Part shown: one piece after another, positions 50,723 to 61,113 of the stretch
Layout of the letters: each line of letters opens with the position of its first letter
Position numbering within the stretch: the stretch's first letter is position 1
From: an uncultured archaeon
Lineage (GTDB): Archaea > Thermoproteota > Bathyarchaeia > Bathyarchaeales > Bathycorpusculaceae
DNA: 64,000 nucleotides
Direction: 5' to 3'
NCBI GenBank assembly: GCA_963782915.1
Contig: CAWALK010000018.1
Coordinates: 203,470-267,469 of the forward strand
Translations under genes and position numbers: made by a program
Notes under the pieces: generated by a model
The model's input: the letters and a program-made list of their open reading frames with translations, nothing else
What the model was told of the DNA's origin: nothing
Database searches by the model: none

Positions 50723-52036
50723 ATGTCTGCTCTTCCAACAGAAAATCTCTTCAACAATCTTTGGGTATTGATATGCGGCGTCCTTGTTTTCCTCATGACT
50801 ATTTCTGTTGGTATACTTGAGCGGGGGGAACTGGGAAAAGGCTATTCGAGAGCTTTGATGAAGAATATTATGATTTCATGCTCTGGTTTCTTTTTTATGG
50901 CGTTTCTTGGTTTTAGTGTTGCCTTTGCACCTACAATTGGGGGTTTAATCGGTAATCCATTGTATAATTTTCCGTTCATGGGCAGTTTCCAAAGTAATTC
51001 TGCAGATATTTTTACGCAAGTTTGGTGGTCGATGACTCCTCAATACTTCAATAACTTTGTTACTCTTCCCTCATACTTTTTCTTTGAAACAGCCTTCGCC
51101 ACAGTCACTCTAGCATTAGTCGGTGTAATCGTTTTAAAGAAAGTCAAGTTGGAAGCATTTTTTCTCTTTTCAATTCCATATTTCATTTTAATTTGGGCGT
51201 TGCCAGCTGCTTGGATATGGAACCCCCAAGGATGGCTCTATATCCTAGGTGTAAGAGATTTTGCAGGCGGATTGGTTGTTCATGGAGCTGCAGGAGCAGC
51301 AGGTTTAGCAATTGTTTTAAGAATTTGGCAAGAGGAAAAAAAGAAAGGTTTCCATAAAAGTCCTCAAGTACAGCCTAAGCCAAGTACGCCATGGCTAGCT
51401 TTGTCCATTCTTCTGCTTTGGCTCGGCTGGTTTGGTTTCAATCCAGGAAGCACATTAGCATTAAATATTCAATCCTATATTGTGGTTCTGATTACTTTCT
51501 TGGCTGCAGCGACTGGCTTTTTGTTTACTATGTTTTTTAAATATCTGGAAATAAGAAAATGGCATAGTTTAATGTATGCTGCAAACGGAATACTCATCGG
51601 TTTAATCGTTATTACGCCCGTGGCAGGTTATGTTGGTCCGGGTAGTGCAGTAATTCTTGGAATATTAGGATCTATATTGTTCATTTTGGGCGAGAAATTA
51701 TTTCAAAGAGTCAAATGGTTTACAGATCCAGTCGGTCTTTTTCCAGGACACTTTCTTGGTGGTATATTTGGTTTTATTATGGTGGCGTTCTTTGCGCAAT
51801 TCTCGTATGCTTCTTTCGGAGGCGGTTCTGGTTTACCCGATGGTCTATTATTCGGCGGTGGTATGCAAGCTTTGCATCAACTTGGGCTGCAATTGTTCGC
51901 GATACCAGTAGTTCTCGTTACAGTTTTTATATTATCCTATAGCTTCATGTGGATAATAAGCAAAGGCATTCATGGCATAATTAGAGAGTACACTGCTGAA
52001 GAACCTAAAGAACAAAACATAAAACCAAACATCTGA
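50723..52036 (+). CDS. amt: ammonium transporter (Amt family)
   Basis: DFAGGLVVH, LWLGWFGFNPGS and second His in FPGH. Confidence 0.92.
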   Translation: MSALPTENLFNNLWVLICGVLVFLMTISVGILERGELGKGYSRALMKNIMISCSGFFFMAFLGFSVAFAPTIGGLIGNPLYNFPFMGSFQSNSADIFTQVWWSMTPQYFNNFVTLPSYFFFETAFATVTLALVGVIVLKKVKLEAFFLFSIPYFILIWALPAAWIWNPQGWLYILGVRDFAGGLVVHGAAGAAGLAIVLRIWQEEKKKGFHKSPQVQPKPSTPWLALSILLLWLGWFGFNPGSTLALNIQSYIVVLITFLAAATGFLFTMFFKYLEIRKWHSLMYAANGILIGLIVITPVAGYVGPGSAVILGILGSILFILGEKLFQRVKWFTDPVGLFPGHFLGGIFGFIMVAFFAQFSYASFGGGSGLPDGLLFGGGMQALHQLGLQLFAIPVVLVTVFILSYSFMWIISKGIHGIIREYTAEEPKEQNIKPNI

Positions 52037-52273
52037 GCCTTTTTTAGCTAAATAAAATAATCATAAAATTTTTTCCCAACAAAATATCTATTTTAAATAA
52101 AGTATAACAAATTTTGATAAAGGCATAATGTTTTGTTAGATCTCTAACAATCTATGTTTTACGAATACTGCTTATAGTTATAAAAACGATTAACCTAGAA
52201 TATAATAAAACCCTAATTATTGATTATTAGCAAACGAATTAATCAGATTATTCGTGGAATACCTTGTGCTGCC

Positions 52274-52483
52274 TCAATCGCTGTCATATCCTTGCCACCT
52301 CCACAGGAGAAGATAGGCAAAAAACACCGCAAGCAATGCCCCTGCTATAGGCCCTACTAAATATACCCAATAGTTACTAAAGTCAAGAAGAAAAAGATCT
52401 GGGGCAAAAGAACACGCTGGGTTCATTGATGCGCCAGATATGGCCGCTGCCCAAAGTCCAACCAAGGCAATATAACCGCCCAC
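52274..52483 (-). pseudogene. C-terminal fragment of a MIP/aquaporin
   Basis: ISGASMNPACSFAP..WVYLVGPIAGALLA; N-terminal half missing. Confidence 0.75.
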
Positions 52484-52526
52484 GTTTCTTTTTCAATAGT
52501 CAAAAACAATGGGTGGATTGGCGCAG

Positions 52527-52626
52527 AAGTAATTTAGGCTGGTCTGCTGGCTGGCTTGAAGGTACCCCGTATTAATCTCTCCCTCTCTCTTCCAAAGGTT
52601 TTATCGCACGCGCTATCTTACTTTTT
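52527..52626 (+). ncRNA. degenerate third copy of the rod-shaped RNA
   Basis: TTAGGCTGGTCTGCTG 5' motif, pyrimidine tract, GCACGCGCTA 3' motif, T-tract. Confidence 0.3.
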
Positions 52627-52807
52627 CATTTGGCTGATTAACAAAGGGCTTCATGGAATAACCTTAGAGTATACTGAAGAGAGCTTAAACTCGGATGATC
52701 CAACACATGTTAAATAGATTCCATAATTAGGTTTAATGCATTTGTAGGTATAACAGGCGGGTTATCCATCTTTTTACAAACTAGTCGAGAGATCTATTGT
52801 GTTGTCA

Positions 52808-53458
52808 TCAGTTACTACTTTCAGATTTTCTAAGAGTAACTAACCGAGAAATTAGTATGGCTACGTATAGAGTACCTATTATGGGTTCTATCATGACCAA
52901 GGATTGTGCTTGGAGAGTATTTGGGGTCATGACCCCATCTATTGTGGTGAGGACATAATAGCCATAATAGATGAAGTTTGGGTACTCCATGGCGCTTGGG
53001 ATTGCTGCACTAGAAAATGATCCGGGAGTTACCAACTGGATTAAATGAAAAATCGAGCCGCAAGTTAGCCCTATCAACAGGTAAGTGGCGATACCACCCC
53101 ACAAGAAATCTCTAGTAACATAATCCTTAGCTTTGATTGATACTATTTCAGCAAAAATTATTACCGCTATAAATCCAAATGTAATAGCTGTTAAAGCTCT
53201 AACGACCTCTTCGAGTATTAATGTTCCTTCAATCAAGAAAAGAATTATGAACGTCATAGTTAGAAAAGTGAACGCAATAGTTATTTTTCCACCTATTTTT
53301 GTGCGAAATACTGAAAATCCTGCGGCCACAAGGGACAACGATAAAAACAAATAAGTAAAAACGAATTCTAAACCACTATTTTGAGCGTAGGGAAGAAACA
53401 ACAAAAAGATTACAATCAACAAAGTGACTACAAAGTATCGCGATCGAGAGAGTTTCAA
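52808..53458 (-). CDS. ion-channel (Ion_trans_2/K+ channel-like) membrane protein with degenerate filter
   Basis: YLLIG..G..F, YYGYYVLTTIDGVMTP (TLGYGD position altered), LYVAILISRLV. Confidence 0.75.
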   Translation of the reverse strand: MKLSRSRYFVVTLLIVIFLLFLPYAQNSGLEFVFTYLFLSLSLVAAGFSVFRTKIGGKITIAFTFLTMTFIILFLIEGTLILEEVVRALTAITFGFIAVIIFAEIVSIKAKDYVTRDFLWGGIATYLLIGLTCGSIFHLIQLVTPGSFSSAAIPSAMEYPNFIYYGYYVLTTIDGVMTPNTLQAQSLVMIEPIIGTLYVAILISRLVTLRKSESSN

Positions 53459-53828
53459 ACAATCTTTTTAAAATAAGAGGGCTTATCCATCATTATCGAC
53501 TGCCAGCAAAAGAAAATGCCTAGGAATTAACTAGGCGTTCTTTTGTTCTTAAAGGTTTCAAAGCTGCTTATCCCCACAACCAATTCGTTATATTTTGAGA
53601 TTGAAGATACAGCACGTAACTGCCATTTTTAATCAGATATTGAATCTACAATAAGTAACTGTAAGCTTACACCAACATACATTATTAGCGCGCTCGCAGG
53701 TGAATGAAATGGCAGGAAAAAGTTCTGAATCTCAATCAGCAGAACAGTTGACCAATCTTAGCCGCAATATAGGGGCTGTGACAAGTTTACTAATACTCTG
53801 GCTCTAAAAAGAATAGGAAGTATGAAAG

Positions 53829-54095
53829 ATGGAGAATTTAAAGAAATTTACAACTCACGAGTTAAGCTCTTTTAATGGGAAAAACGGCAAACCTGCATAT
53901 ATTGGCTTCAAAGGCAAAGTGTATGACGTTACCGATTCTGAACAATGGGCGAACGGAGATCATCTTGGCCATAAGGCAGGTCATAACTTGACAGAAGATA
54001 TGGGTCTAGCTCCTCACAGCGAAGACGTTACTAGACGAGCTCGAGATAGTTGGTCTTTTAGTTTAACGCTTAATGCTGTTATTACTTTTTATTAA
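53829..54095 (+). CDS. cytochrome b5-like heme/steroid-binding protein (C-terminus probably frameshifted)
   Basis: FTTHELSSFNG..YIGFKGKVYDVT..H..H.AG..LT..APH. Confidence 0.82.
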   Translation: MENLKKFTTHELSSFNGKNGKPAYIGFKGKVYDVTDSEQWANGDHLGHKAGHNLTEDMGLAPHSEDVTRRARDSWSFSLTLNAVITFY

Positions 54096-54760
54096 AAAGT
54101 ACTCGTTTAATGAACTACCGACTCATCCACAGTCTAGCTATCTCAGGATTTATTCTTCTTGATATTAAATGCTTAGCTTATTGCTTATTATGTTCCCCTA
54201 TTTCTTTTTCTTCCCAGTGCTTGTTTTGGGCAGTCAAACGGAATACGAAGCCAACTGCAAACGATATCAAGGTTGCGGGCCATATGGATAGCCCCGCAAT
54301 GTAGCAAATTAGGTATAGACTACGCTGGCTAGAAGGGCTGTACCAACAAAGAATTCGCCCTTAATAAAATGCTGGGGAGTAGACTCCCGATACTATATCA
54401 ATAATGAATCGACCGGCAGTTGGACCTATTATACCAATAAGAATAGCGGCTATTTCTGGCAATCCTGTTACCTAGTGCACTTGTTTACTCAGACAGCTGT
54501 ATAACAAGGATAGAGAAAAGGCAACCATATACCTAAGAGTGCATACTTTAAGTTTCTGAAAACTTTGGTAAGATAGACCTAAAGCGATGATACCTGCGGC
54601 TGTACATAATATTATGAACTAAGGATTAGTAAATGCTGCTGAAATATCGTTGAGAAAAAGGTAACGTGCTACGACTAAGCCTATTCCCCCAATTATGGCA
54701 AGAAGTACTATTCCAATTCTTGTAAAGTTTCTGTAATGGTCTGGCTGCCTTGCAAAAGTA
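54060..54760 (-). pseudogene. disrupted multi-TM membrane protein
   Basis: Hydrophobic reading-frame fragments (RIGIVLLAIIGGIGLVVARYLF...) broken by stops and frameshifts. Confidence 0.4.
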
Positions 54761-55131
54761 AAACCTCAAGAAACTCGTTGGTTGTAGCTGCAATGAAATC
54801 GATTATTGTAAAAGCATGAACAATCTAAATTGCCAATTTGTAAAATTCAAAAATTGTGATATATCCTTACGTCGAAGACAATATAGCGACTTCAACTTTA
54901 TACTATAACTTAATCGTAAGTTGTGATATTTAACGATATGTAGTGGTTTTATTGACGTAACACTTGACAGATGTAGGTATAAATTGTTAGGATTAATGGA
55001 GGAATTTTCAAGGATTTAATGCGTTTTATCTACTGGTCAACTAAATTGGGCCTTTTTTGTTGCATCAGCTTGTTACCAGCAAGCGCTTATATCACACGTA
55101 CAGGTTAGCTGTTGTTACACAAGGGATAGCC

Positions 55132-55233
55132 AATTGTTAGGCGGGTCTCGCTGTTAACAAAGGAAAAGGCTTTTGCTTCTACCTTTTAGCCACTTCTTTG
55201 TTGACACACGGCTTGGTCCGTTTATCGATAATT
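55132..55233 (+). ncRNA. putative rod-shaped structured RNA, copy 2
   Basis: AATTGTT/GATAATT, TAGGCGGG/TCCGTTTA, GCTG/CGGC, CACA bulge, TTAACAAAG/CTTTGTTGA, GGCT/AGCC, pyrimidine loop; TTATAT box at 55087. Confidence 0.6.
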
Positions 55234-55268
55234 CTTGTTGACTACTTTGATGTATCTTAACCAAGGTA

Positions 55269-55397
55269 TTGTTTGTGTATAAAAAAATCTCTTCGCTTTG
55301 TCAATGCCCAATATGCGACACCGTTCTGTCCAATCCAAACGAATTAAGGGAGCACCGTTTACATGACCATAAAAGCATTTATGCTCTAACAAAATAG
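55269..55397 (+). CDS. 42-aa classical C2H2 zinc-finger microprotein (not in the ORF track)
   Basis: CPIC-DTVLSNPNELRE-HRLHDH = C-x2-C-x12-H-x4-H. Confidence 0.65.
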   Translation: MFVYKKISSLCQCPICDTVLSNPNELREHRLHDHKSIYALTK

Positions 55398-55528
55398 CGA
55401 TTTAAAGAAATTCTACGACAAGGATTTATGCCGATCGAGTAAAAAATGATTGGCGTAATTTAGTGTACAATTGTAATTAATAGAAAATGCAGACAAAAGA
55501 AAAGTAAAAATGGCTTAACAATTTTTTA

Positions 55529-55777
55529 TTAAATTAAATTTGTTTTGCCTAATAGACAAATAATCTTTTCTGTCAGGAGTTCTTCAGATATTGTTTCTCC
55601 TGTAAGCTGTTTATGCAGCTTTATGTGATTTATAACTGCAATTTCCATCGCAAACAAATCAGGCACAACCAGTATTTGCACCCCACAATCACAAAGAAAA
55701 ATAGGCATCCTACCCTTCGGCAAATTGGTTTCTTTACACCTAACATCATTGCAATTTTGCGAAATACTATCCTTCAT
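55529..55777 (-). CDS. small CxC...HxxxH protein
   Basis: MPIFLCDCGVQILVVPDL..NHIKLH; GAGG RBS. Confidence 0.65.
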   Translation of the reverse strand: MKDSISQNCNDVRCKETNLPKGRMPIFLCDCGVQILVVPDLFAMEIAVINHIKLHKQLTGETISEELLTEKIICLLGKTNLI

Positions 55778-56374
55778 AAAAAAGCCCTCAATTTTACTAT
55801 TAGCGAATATTAGCTACCTATCGCTTTTTAAAAAAACGCTGTAGGCTCAATACAATCACAAATCGCTTTATCCCATGGCGTACAAAGGGTTGCCCTTTCA
55901 GAACTCAGCATACCCGCCTTGGACTTTTGATGGAGAGATAATTTTTTGCCCAAGCCCTTACAGAGTTGACAGAACCCAAATTAGCATTATACAATGGACA
56001 AGCAACGCCTGCAAACCCAGCCTATTTGAACCCATTACATTACTATGTAATTATACCACCAAAAGGAATAATGAAGCTCCAAAGAACTATGCAAACGCTA
56101 CCTTAACGTAAGGGGGCTTGCCAATTAAGAGAGGGTTATTTGAATTCTGAAGCTAAATCGATAAATCGGAGAAAACATTCTCATTGTTAGGCAGCTTTTT
56201 TCTTGGTGGTGGGCAAAAAAATGTGTGATTGTGTTTATTCTAGTGCAGAAAGGGACTGTCATAAAGCTGACAAAGAAAAGTTCGAAGCTGAGCAAGGGTT
56301 GGATAAAAAACGCTTCTGGCAGTTAAGATTGGCGTGATACCGCTCCCTTTTTATTTAGTGGAGGCTCCCACTTT

Positions 56375-56575
56375 TTAGTGGGTGTTTTTTCTTGCGCAGT
56401 AAAAGTTGCCGTTTAACCTCGTGAAGGCAGGGCATTTCCCGTCCTCGCAATGGGTCAGCCATTGGCAGGGCAAGTTCACTTCATACACTCGGGGCATATA
56501 ATCATGAGAAGCCACCATTGGGGGTTTTAGTTTTAGTTCAAACGCTTCTTGAAAAACAGTTTCCATATTATGCAC
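56375..56575 (-). CDS. small Cys-rich protein
   Basis: CQWLTHCEDGKCPAF..YC; AGGTG RBS. Confidence 0.55.
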   Translation of the reverse strand: MHNMETVFQEAFELKLKPPMVASHDYMPRVYEVNLPCQWLTHCEDGKCPAFTRLNGNFYCARKNTH

Positions 56576-56651
56576 CTAAGAATTGATTGATTAACCTTTT
56601 ACTCGATTGCTATTAACGATTTGTTGGCGTATCCAGACGACTACAAATACG

Positions 56652-56948
56652 TTAGTAACTGGGCAAGCTGGGCACTTGAGGAATCGCAAAATCCAAGTTA
56701 CCGCGGATGCTAGCTGTGCGGTCGTCTATCAAAAGCGTTAAAGAGCTGGTTACGCCGGATACTTGTTTTATTTGAAATCGGGTAATGTTTTTCACGTCTT
56801 CTATAGATGACGCATTGATTTTTACAAAGAAGTCATAGACGCCGTACAGGGCATGGGCTTCTTCTACGCCGTCAACCAGTTTTAGGTTTTCTAGCACGTT
56901 ATTTTGGGCGTCTAAATCTGTGTTTACTAATATTACTGCTGATACCAT
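56652..56948 (-). CDS. Lrp/AsnC ligand-binding (RAM) domain protein
   Basis: AVILVNT..GVEEAHALYGVYD..GVTSSLTL. Confidence 0.88.
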   Translation of the reverse strand: MVSAVILVNTDLDAQNNVLENLKLVDGVEEAHALYGVYDFFVKINASSIEDVKNITRFQIKQVSGVTSSLTLLIDDRTASIRGNLDFAIPQVPSLPSY

Positions 56949-57439
56949 TTTTCAAACCTCGTTATTCCGCATTAAGCGACAAAATCCTAGTTAAGCCTGT
57001 GTTGTTGCATGAGTGATACAACAACCGCAACATCCGCAAAATTAACGGGCTAATAGCCGAAGGTTTCTTTTAAATAGAATTCGACTCGCAAGCATTTTTT
57101 TGGTGGCTCGAATTAAGAGTAAAAAATCCCTCTGTAAGTACGGTTACATTGTTAGATGCTGTTTAAACCAAAATAAAAAGGGAATTGCACCAATGACTAC
57201 TATTGCCACAATGATAGAAATCGACGTTGCTAAGAAGTAACGTAAGTAAGAGATTCTATTATTGATATGCTCCAAGTAAATAAGCATACAAATGATAAAT
57301 ATTTATAAGCCATTTTATGGCAATACACAGTTATCTTTCAAAGGGGGAAGTAGGCAATCAAAAACTTGACACCACTAGAGAATCTAGATATTGGAACAAT
57401 CAAGGGCTCAAACACACATTTTGGGAAGGATTACTACCT

Positions 57440-57712
57440 ATGACAGACGAACCGCCCCAACACATCAGCAACTCCCACATCGAAAATCTCCACATAGTTC
57501 AACTCGCAGAAAACAGCGGCATACGCTTTTGCCCCAGCTGTGGAGCCAAAATGCGGGACTGCTGTGACTTTCACCGCCAATTTAACCTCGCCGGCCACAG
57601 ACCAAATGGCATACACACAGCACCCAAAGAATGGATTTGCCTAAACTGCGGACTAAGAGAATACAAAGAACCTGCACTACGAATTGTTTGCGGACCCGCA
57701 GGCCACCTATAA
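57440..57712 (+). CDS. zinc-ribbon protein
   Basis: RFCPSCGAKM..WICLNCG. Confidence 0.65.
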   Translation: MTDEPPQHISNSHIENLHIVQLAENSGIRFCPSCGAKMRDCCDFHRQFNLAGHRPNGIHTAPKEWICLNCGLREYKEPALRIVCGPAGHL

Positions 57713-57988
57713 AAGATAAACCAATTCACCCATTATACCCCATAAAAAGCCAGCCTACCTGCCAAAAAACAACACCAGGTCACCAGCAAATAAAGTCAGC
57801 AATCTACAATAAGCACCTAAACGTTAAAAGCTCAAATAAGGCAGAGTTAAACACCAACAACCCAATAAGTGCAAATTCTAATCAAACGCATGCAAAAGCT
57901 GTATCCTGTGATAACATTAGGCGTCAACATAGTCATATATGAATGATCAAGCTCATAGTTTGCCAGACATTTTTTTGAGGTTTAAAAC

Positions 57989-60742
57989 TTGGATAACGAG
58001 CAAACTAGACTAAATGACGTACAAGAAAAGCAAATACCATGGCGCAAATGGGGACCCTATCTCAGCGAAAGACAATGGGGGACCGTAAGAGAAGATTATA
58101 GTGACAACGGAGCCGCTTGGGATTATTTTTCACATGATCAATCACGTTCACGTGCTTACCGCTGGGGAGAGGACGGCATAGGCGGCATCTCAGATGATAA
58201 ACAATTATTATGTTTCGCACTGGCACTGTGGAATGGAAAGGATCCCATCTTAAAAGAGAGACTTTTTGGCTTAACAAACTCTGAAGGCAACCATGGTGAA
58301 GATGTAAAAGAATACTACTTCTACCTCGACAGCACACCCACCCATTCATACATGAAGTACCTCTACAAATATCCTCAGAAAGAATACCCCTATATGGATT
58401 TGATTCAGACAAACAAATCGCGCGATCGTTTCGCTTTCGAATACGAATTGATGGATACAGGCATTTTTAATGACGACCGCTACTTTGACATTTTTATTGA
58501 ATACGCCAAAGAATCACCAGAGGACATTTTAATCCAAATAACTGCCCATAACCGCGGAAAGGACACATCAACCCTACATTTGCTGCCCACGCTTTGGTTC
58601 CGAAACACCTGGTCCGCAAATAAGAATACTGTAAAACCACAACTTAGGCAACAAACAACGAAATCCGGAACCAACTTTGTTGAGGCTAGTTCTGAGATGA
58701 TTGGGAAAAGATACCTCTACCTTGAAGGAGAGGCTCCGCTGCTTTTTACAGAAAACGAAACGAATACACAACGCTTGTTTGGGACACCTAACTCGAGCAA
58801 ATACGTTAAGGATAGCATCAACGATTATGTAGTGAACAATGACCACTCTACAGTTAACCCTGAAAAGAACGGCACAAAAGCCGCCGCAGACTACCATGTC
58901 GTTATTGGTGCAGGTGAAACAAAGACTATACGATTAAGGCTAAGCAATCTTTCCCCAGAAAATATGCACCTAACACAAGACACTGAAGAAGCATCGCTTT
59001 TTGGGCGCCATTTTGAAGAGATTTTCAGAATGCGTAAACAAGAAGCCGACGAATTTTACGATTTTATTTCCCCCGCCGGTGCCAGTGACGACGAGCGCAA
59101 TGTACTGCGTCAATCACTATCAGGCATGTTGTGGTCTAAACAATACTACAACTATGACGTGGGAACCTGGCTAAAAGAGCATGGGGTTGATTTTTACAGC
59201 AGAAACAAAAAGGGTGTACGAAACGCAGAATGGTTCCATATGGTGAACGACGATGTGATTTCGATGCCTGATAAATGGGAATACCCCTGGTACGCTGCCT
59301 GGGACTTAGCATTCCACGCCGCTACACTCTCACTTGTCGATAAAGACTTTGCGAAACAGCAACTGAACCTTATGCTAATTGAAAGATACCTTCACCCTAA
59401 TGGTCAAGTCCCCGCTTACGAATGGAACTTCAACGATGTCAACCCTCCAGTTCATGCATTCGCAGTACTTTTTAACCACAGATTAGAACAACAATTAACT
59501 GGAAAAAGCGACATAAGCTTTCTAGAATCAGCCTTTCAAAAGCTAATGATGAATTTCACATGGTGGGTAAATAGAAAAGACCCATCTGGCAGCAACGTAT
59601 TCGAAGGTGGATTTCTAGGATTAGACAACATCGGAGTTTTCGATCGCAGCGCCAAATTTCCACCCGGAGTGTCTTTAGAACAAGCTGACGGCACAGCCTG
59701 GATGGCAATGTACTGCCAAAACATGCTAGAAATGGCAATTGAATTAGCACTCCACAACCCCATATACGAAGAACAAGCTATCAAATTCTTTGAACATTTC
59801 CTATGGATAGCCCATGCGATACAACGTAGCGGACCGGAAAACGATGGCTTGTGGGATGAAGAAGATGGCTTCTTCTATGACCTCCTGCGTTTGCCTGATG
59901 GAAGAGCCATGAGAATGAAAGTTCGCTCCATGGTGGGACTAATATCTTTATGCGCCAACAGCATTTACCCCGCCGATACTTTAGAGAAACTCCCGAATTT
60001 CGCAGCAAGAGTACTATGGTTCAGAGATAATCATCCCGAACTTTTCGAAAACATCCACAAACCAGGGATACCTGGCGCTGGAGGCCGTTTCCTAATAGCT
60101 TTGCTGGATGATAAGAAACTGAAACGTATTCTCGCAAGAATGCTAGACGAAAAAGAGTTCCTTAGTCCCTACGGCATTCGCTCGCTCTCTCGATACTACG
60201 CTGACAACCGTTATTCCATTAACCTAAACGGTCAAGAATTCAGCATAGATTACAACCCCGCAGAATCAACCACTGGAGCCTTCGGAGGAAACTCAAATTG
60301 GCGTGGACCCGTATGGTTTCCAATAAATGCCCTCATAGTCCGTGCGCTTCTAAATCTTTACTCGTACTACGGCAATGATTTCACCGTCGAATGCCCAACT
60401 GGTTCAGGAAAACAAATGAACTTATTCGAAGTAAGCAAAGAAATCACAGCCAGGTTATCAAAAATTTTTCTACGCGACCAAAAAGGAGAACGCCCTGTCT
60501 ATGGCGGAACAACAAAGTTTCAAACTGACCCTTACTGGAAAGACAACATCTTGTTTTATGAATACTTCCATGGCGATAACGGAGCAGGTCTAGGCGCTAG
60601 TCATCAAACAGGCTGGACAGGCGGAATTGCGGTTCTTATGAAACTTTTCGGCTCAGTTGCCAGTGACCAACTGCTAAAAACTGAAGGCAGGGAAGAACTC
60701 TTTAGAAGTGTTACAAAGAAATCGGATAAAGTTCCTAAATAA
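57989..60742 (+). CDS. MGH1/GH63-like glucosidase
   Basis: WGPYLSERQWGTVREDYS, MPDKWEYPWYAAWDLAFH, NSNWRGPVW and GASHQTGWT motifs. Confidence 0.92.
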   Translation: MDNEQTRLNDVQEKQIPWRKWGPYLSERQWGTVREDYSDNGAAWDYFSHDQSRSRAYRWGEDGIGGISDDKQLLCFALALWNGKDPILKERLFGLTNSEGNHGEDVKEYYFYLDSTPTHSYMKYLYKYPQKEYPYMDLIQTNKSRDRFAFEYELMDTGIFNDDRYFDIFIEYAKESPEDILIQITAHNRGKDTSTLHLLPTLWFRNTWSANKNTVKPQLRQQTTKSGTNFVEASSEMIGKRYLYLEGEAPLLFTENETNTQRLFGTPNSSKYVKDSINDYVVNNDHSTVNPEKNGTKAAADYHVVIGAGETKTIRLRLSNLSPENMHLTQDTEEASLFGRHFEEIFRMRKQEADEFYDFISPAGASDDERNVLRQSLSGMLWSKQYYNYDVGTWLKEHGVDFYSRNKKGVRNAEWFHMVNDDVISMPDKWEYPWYAAWDLAFHAATLSLVDKDFAKQQLNLMLIERYLHPNGQVPAYEWNFNDVNPPVHAFAVLFNHRLEQQLTGKSDISFLESAFQKLMMNFTWWVNRKDPSGSNVFEGGFLGLDNIGVFDRSAKFPPGVSLEQADGTAWMAMYCQNMLEMAIELALHNPIYEEQAIKFFEHFLWIAHAIQRSGPENDGLWDEEDGFFYDLLRLPDGRAMRMKVRSMVGLISLCANSIYPADTLEKLPNFAARVLWFRDNHPELFENIHKPGIPGAGGRFLIALLDDKKLKRILARMLDEKEFLSPYGIRSLSRYYADNRYSINLNGQEFSIDYNPAESTTGAFGGNSNWRGPVWFPINALIVRALLNLYSYYGNDFTVECPTGSGKQMNLFEVSKEITARLSKIFLRDQKGERPVYGGTTKFQTDPYWKDNILFYEYFHGDNGAGLGASHQTGWTGGIAVLMKLFGSVASDQLLKTEGREELFRSVTKKSDKVPK

Positions 60743-61113
60743 AGAGGGCAAAATGATCTCAACCTGCCTCCCCCTTATTTTTTAGGTAGATCAGAATTGT
60801 TTTGGTGAGTGCTTGTTTTTCTATAGTTGTTATTGCCAAAAACCCCTATCACAACAACAACCAGCAGGCTGTTTGGTGCAATAGTTTTTTGTGTCGGCGT
60901 CCGATTTGGGTTGCAGACTGGTTGTGGAACAAACCGCAAACAGACCAGACTTTTTTGCAATCTTACATTTTTTAGGCGTTTTCTTAACTGCACTGAAATG
61001 AAATTGGCTGGCTGCCTGAATGGAATTTTTATTTAAAGCGGATGTACCTCCAAAATGCGACAACAAAACATTATACAATTATTCTTGAAGGTTATTCATG
61101 AGATGAATACGTT

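Noticed and set aside
52537-52560. Y RNA / vault RNA identity from GGCTGGTC / GGCTGGCTT
   Set aside because: Only 8-9 nt of similarity, no Ro60/TROVE gene nearby, and better-preserved copies lack the bulged-C Ro helix; kept only as an unnamed RNA candidate
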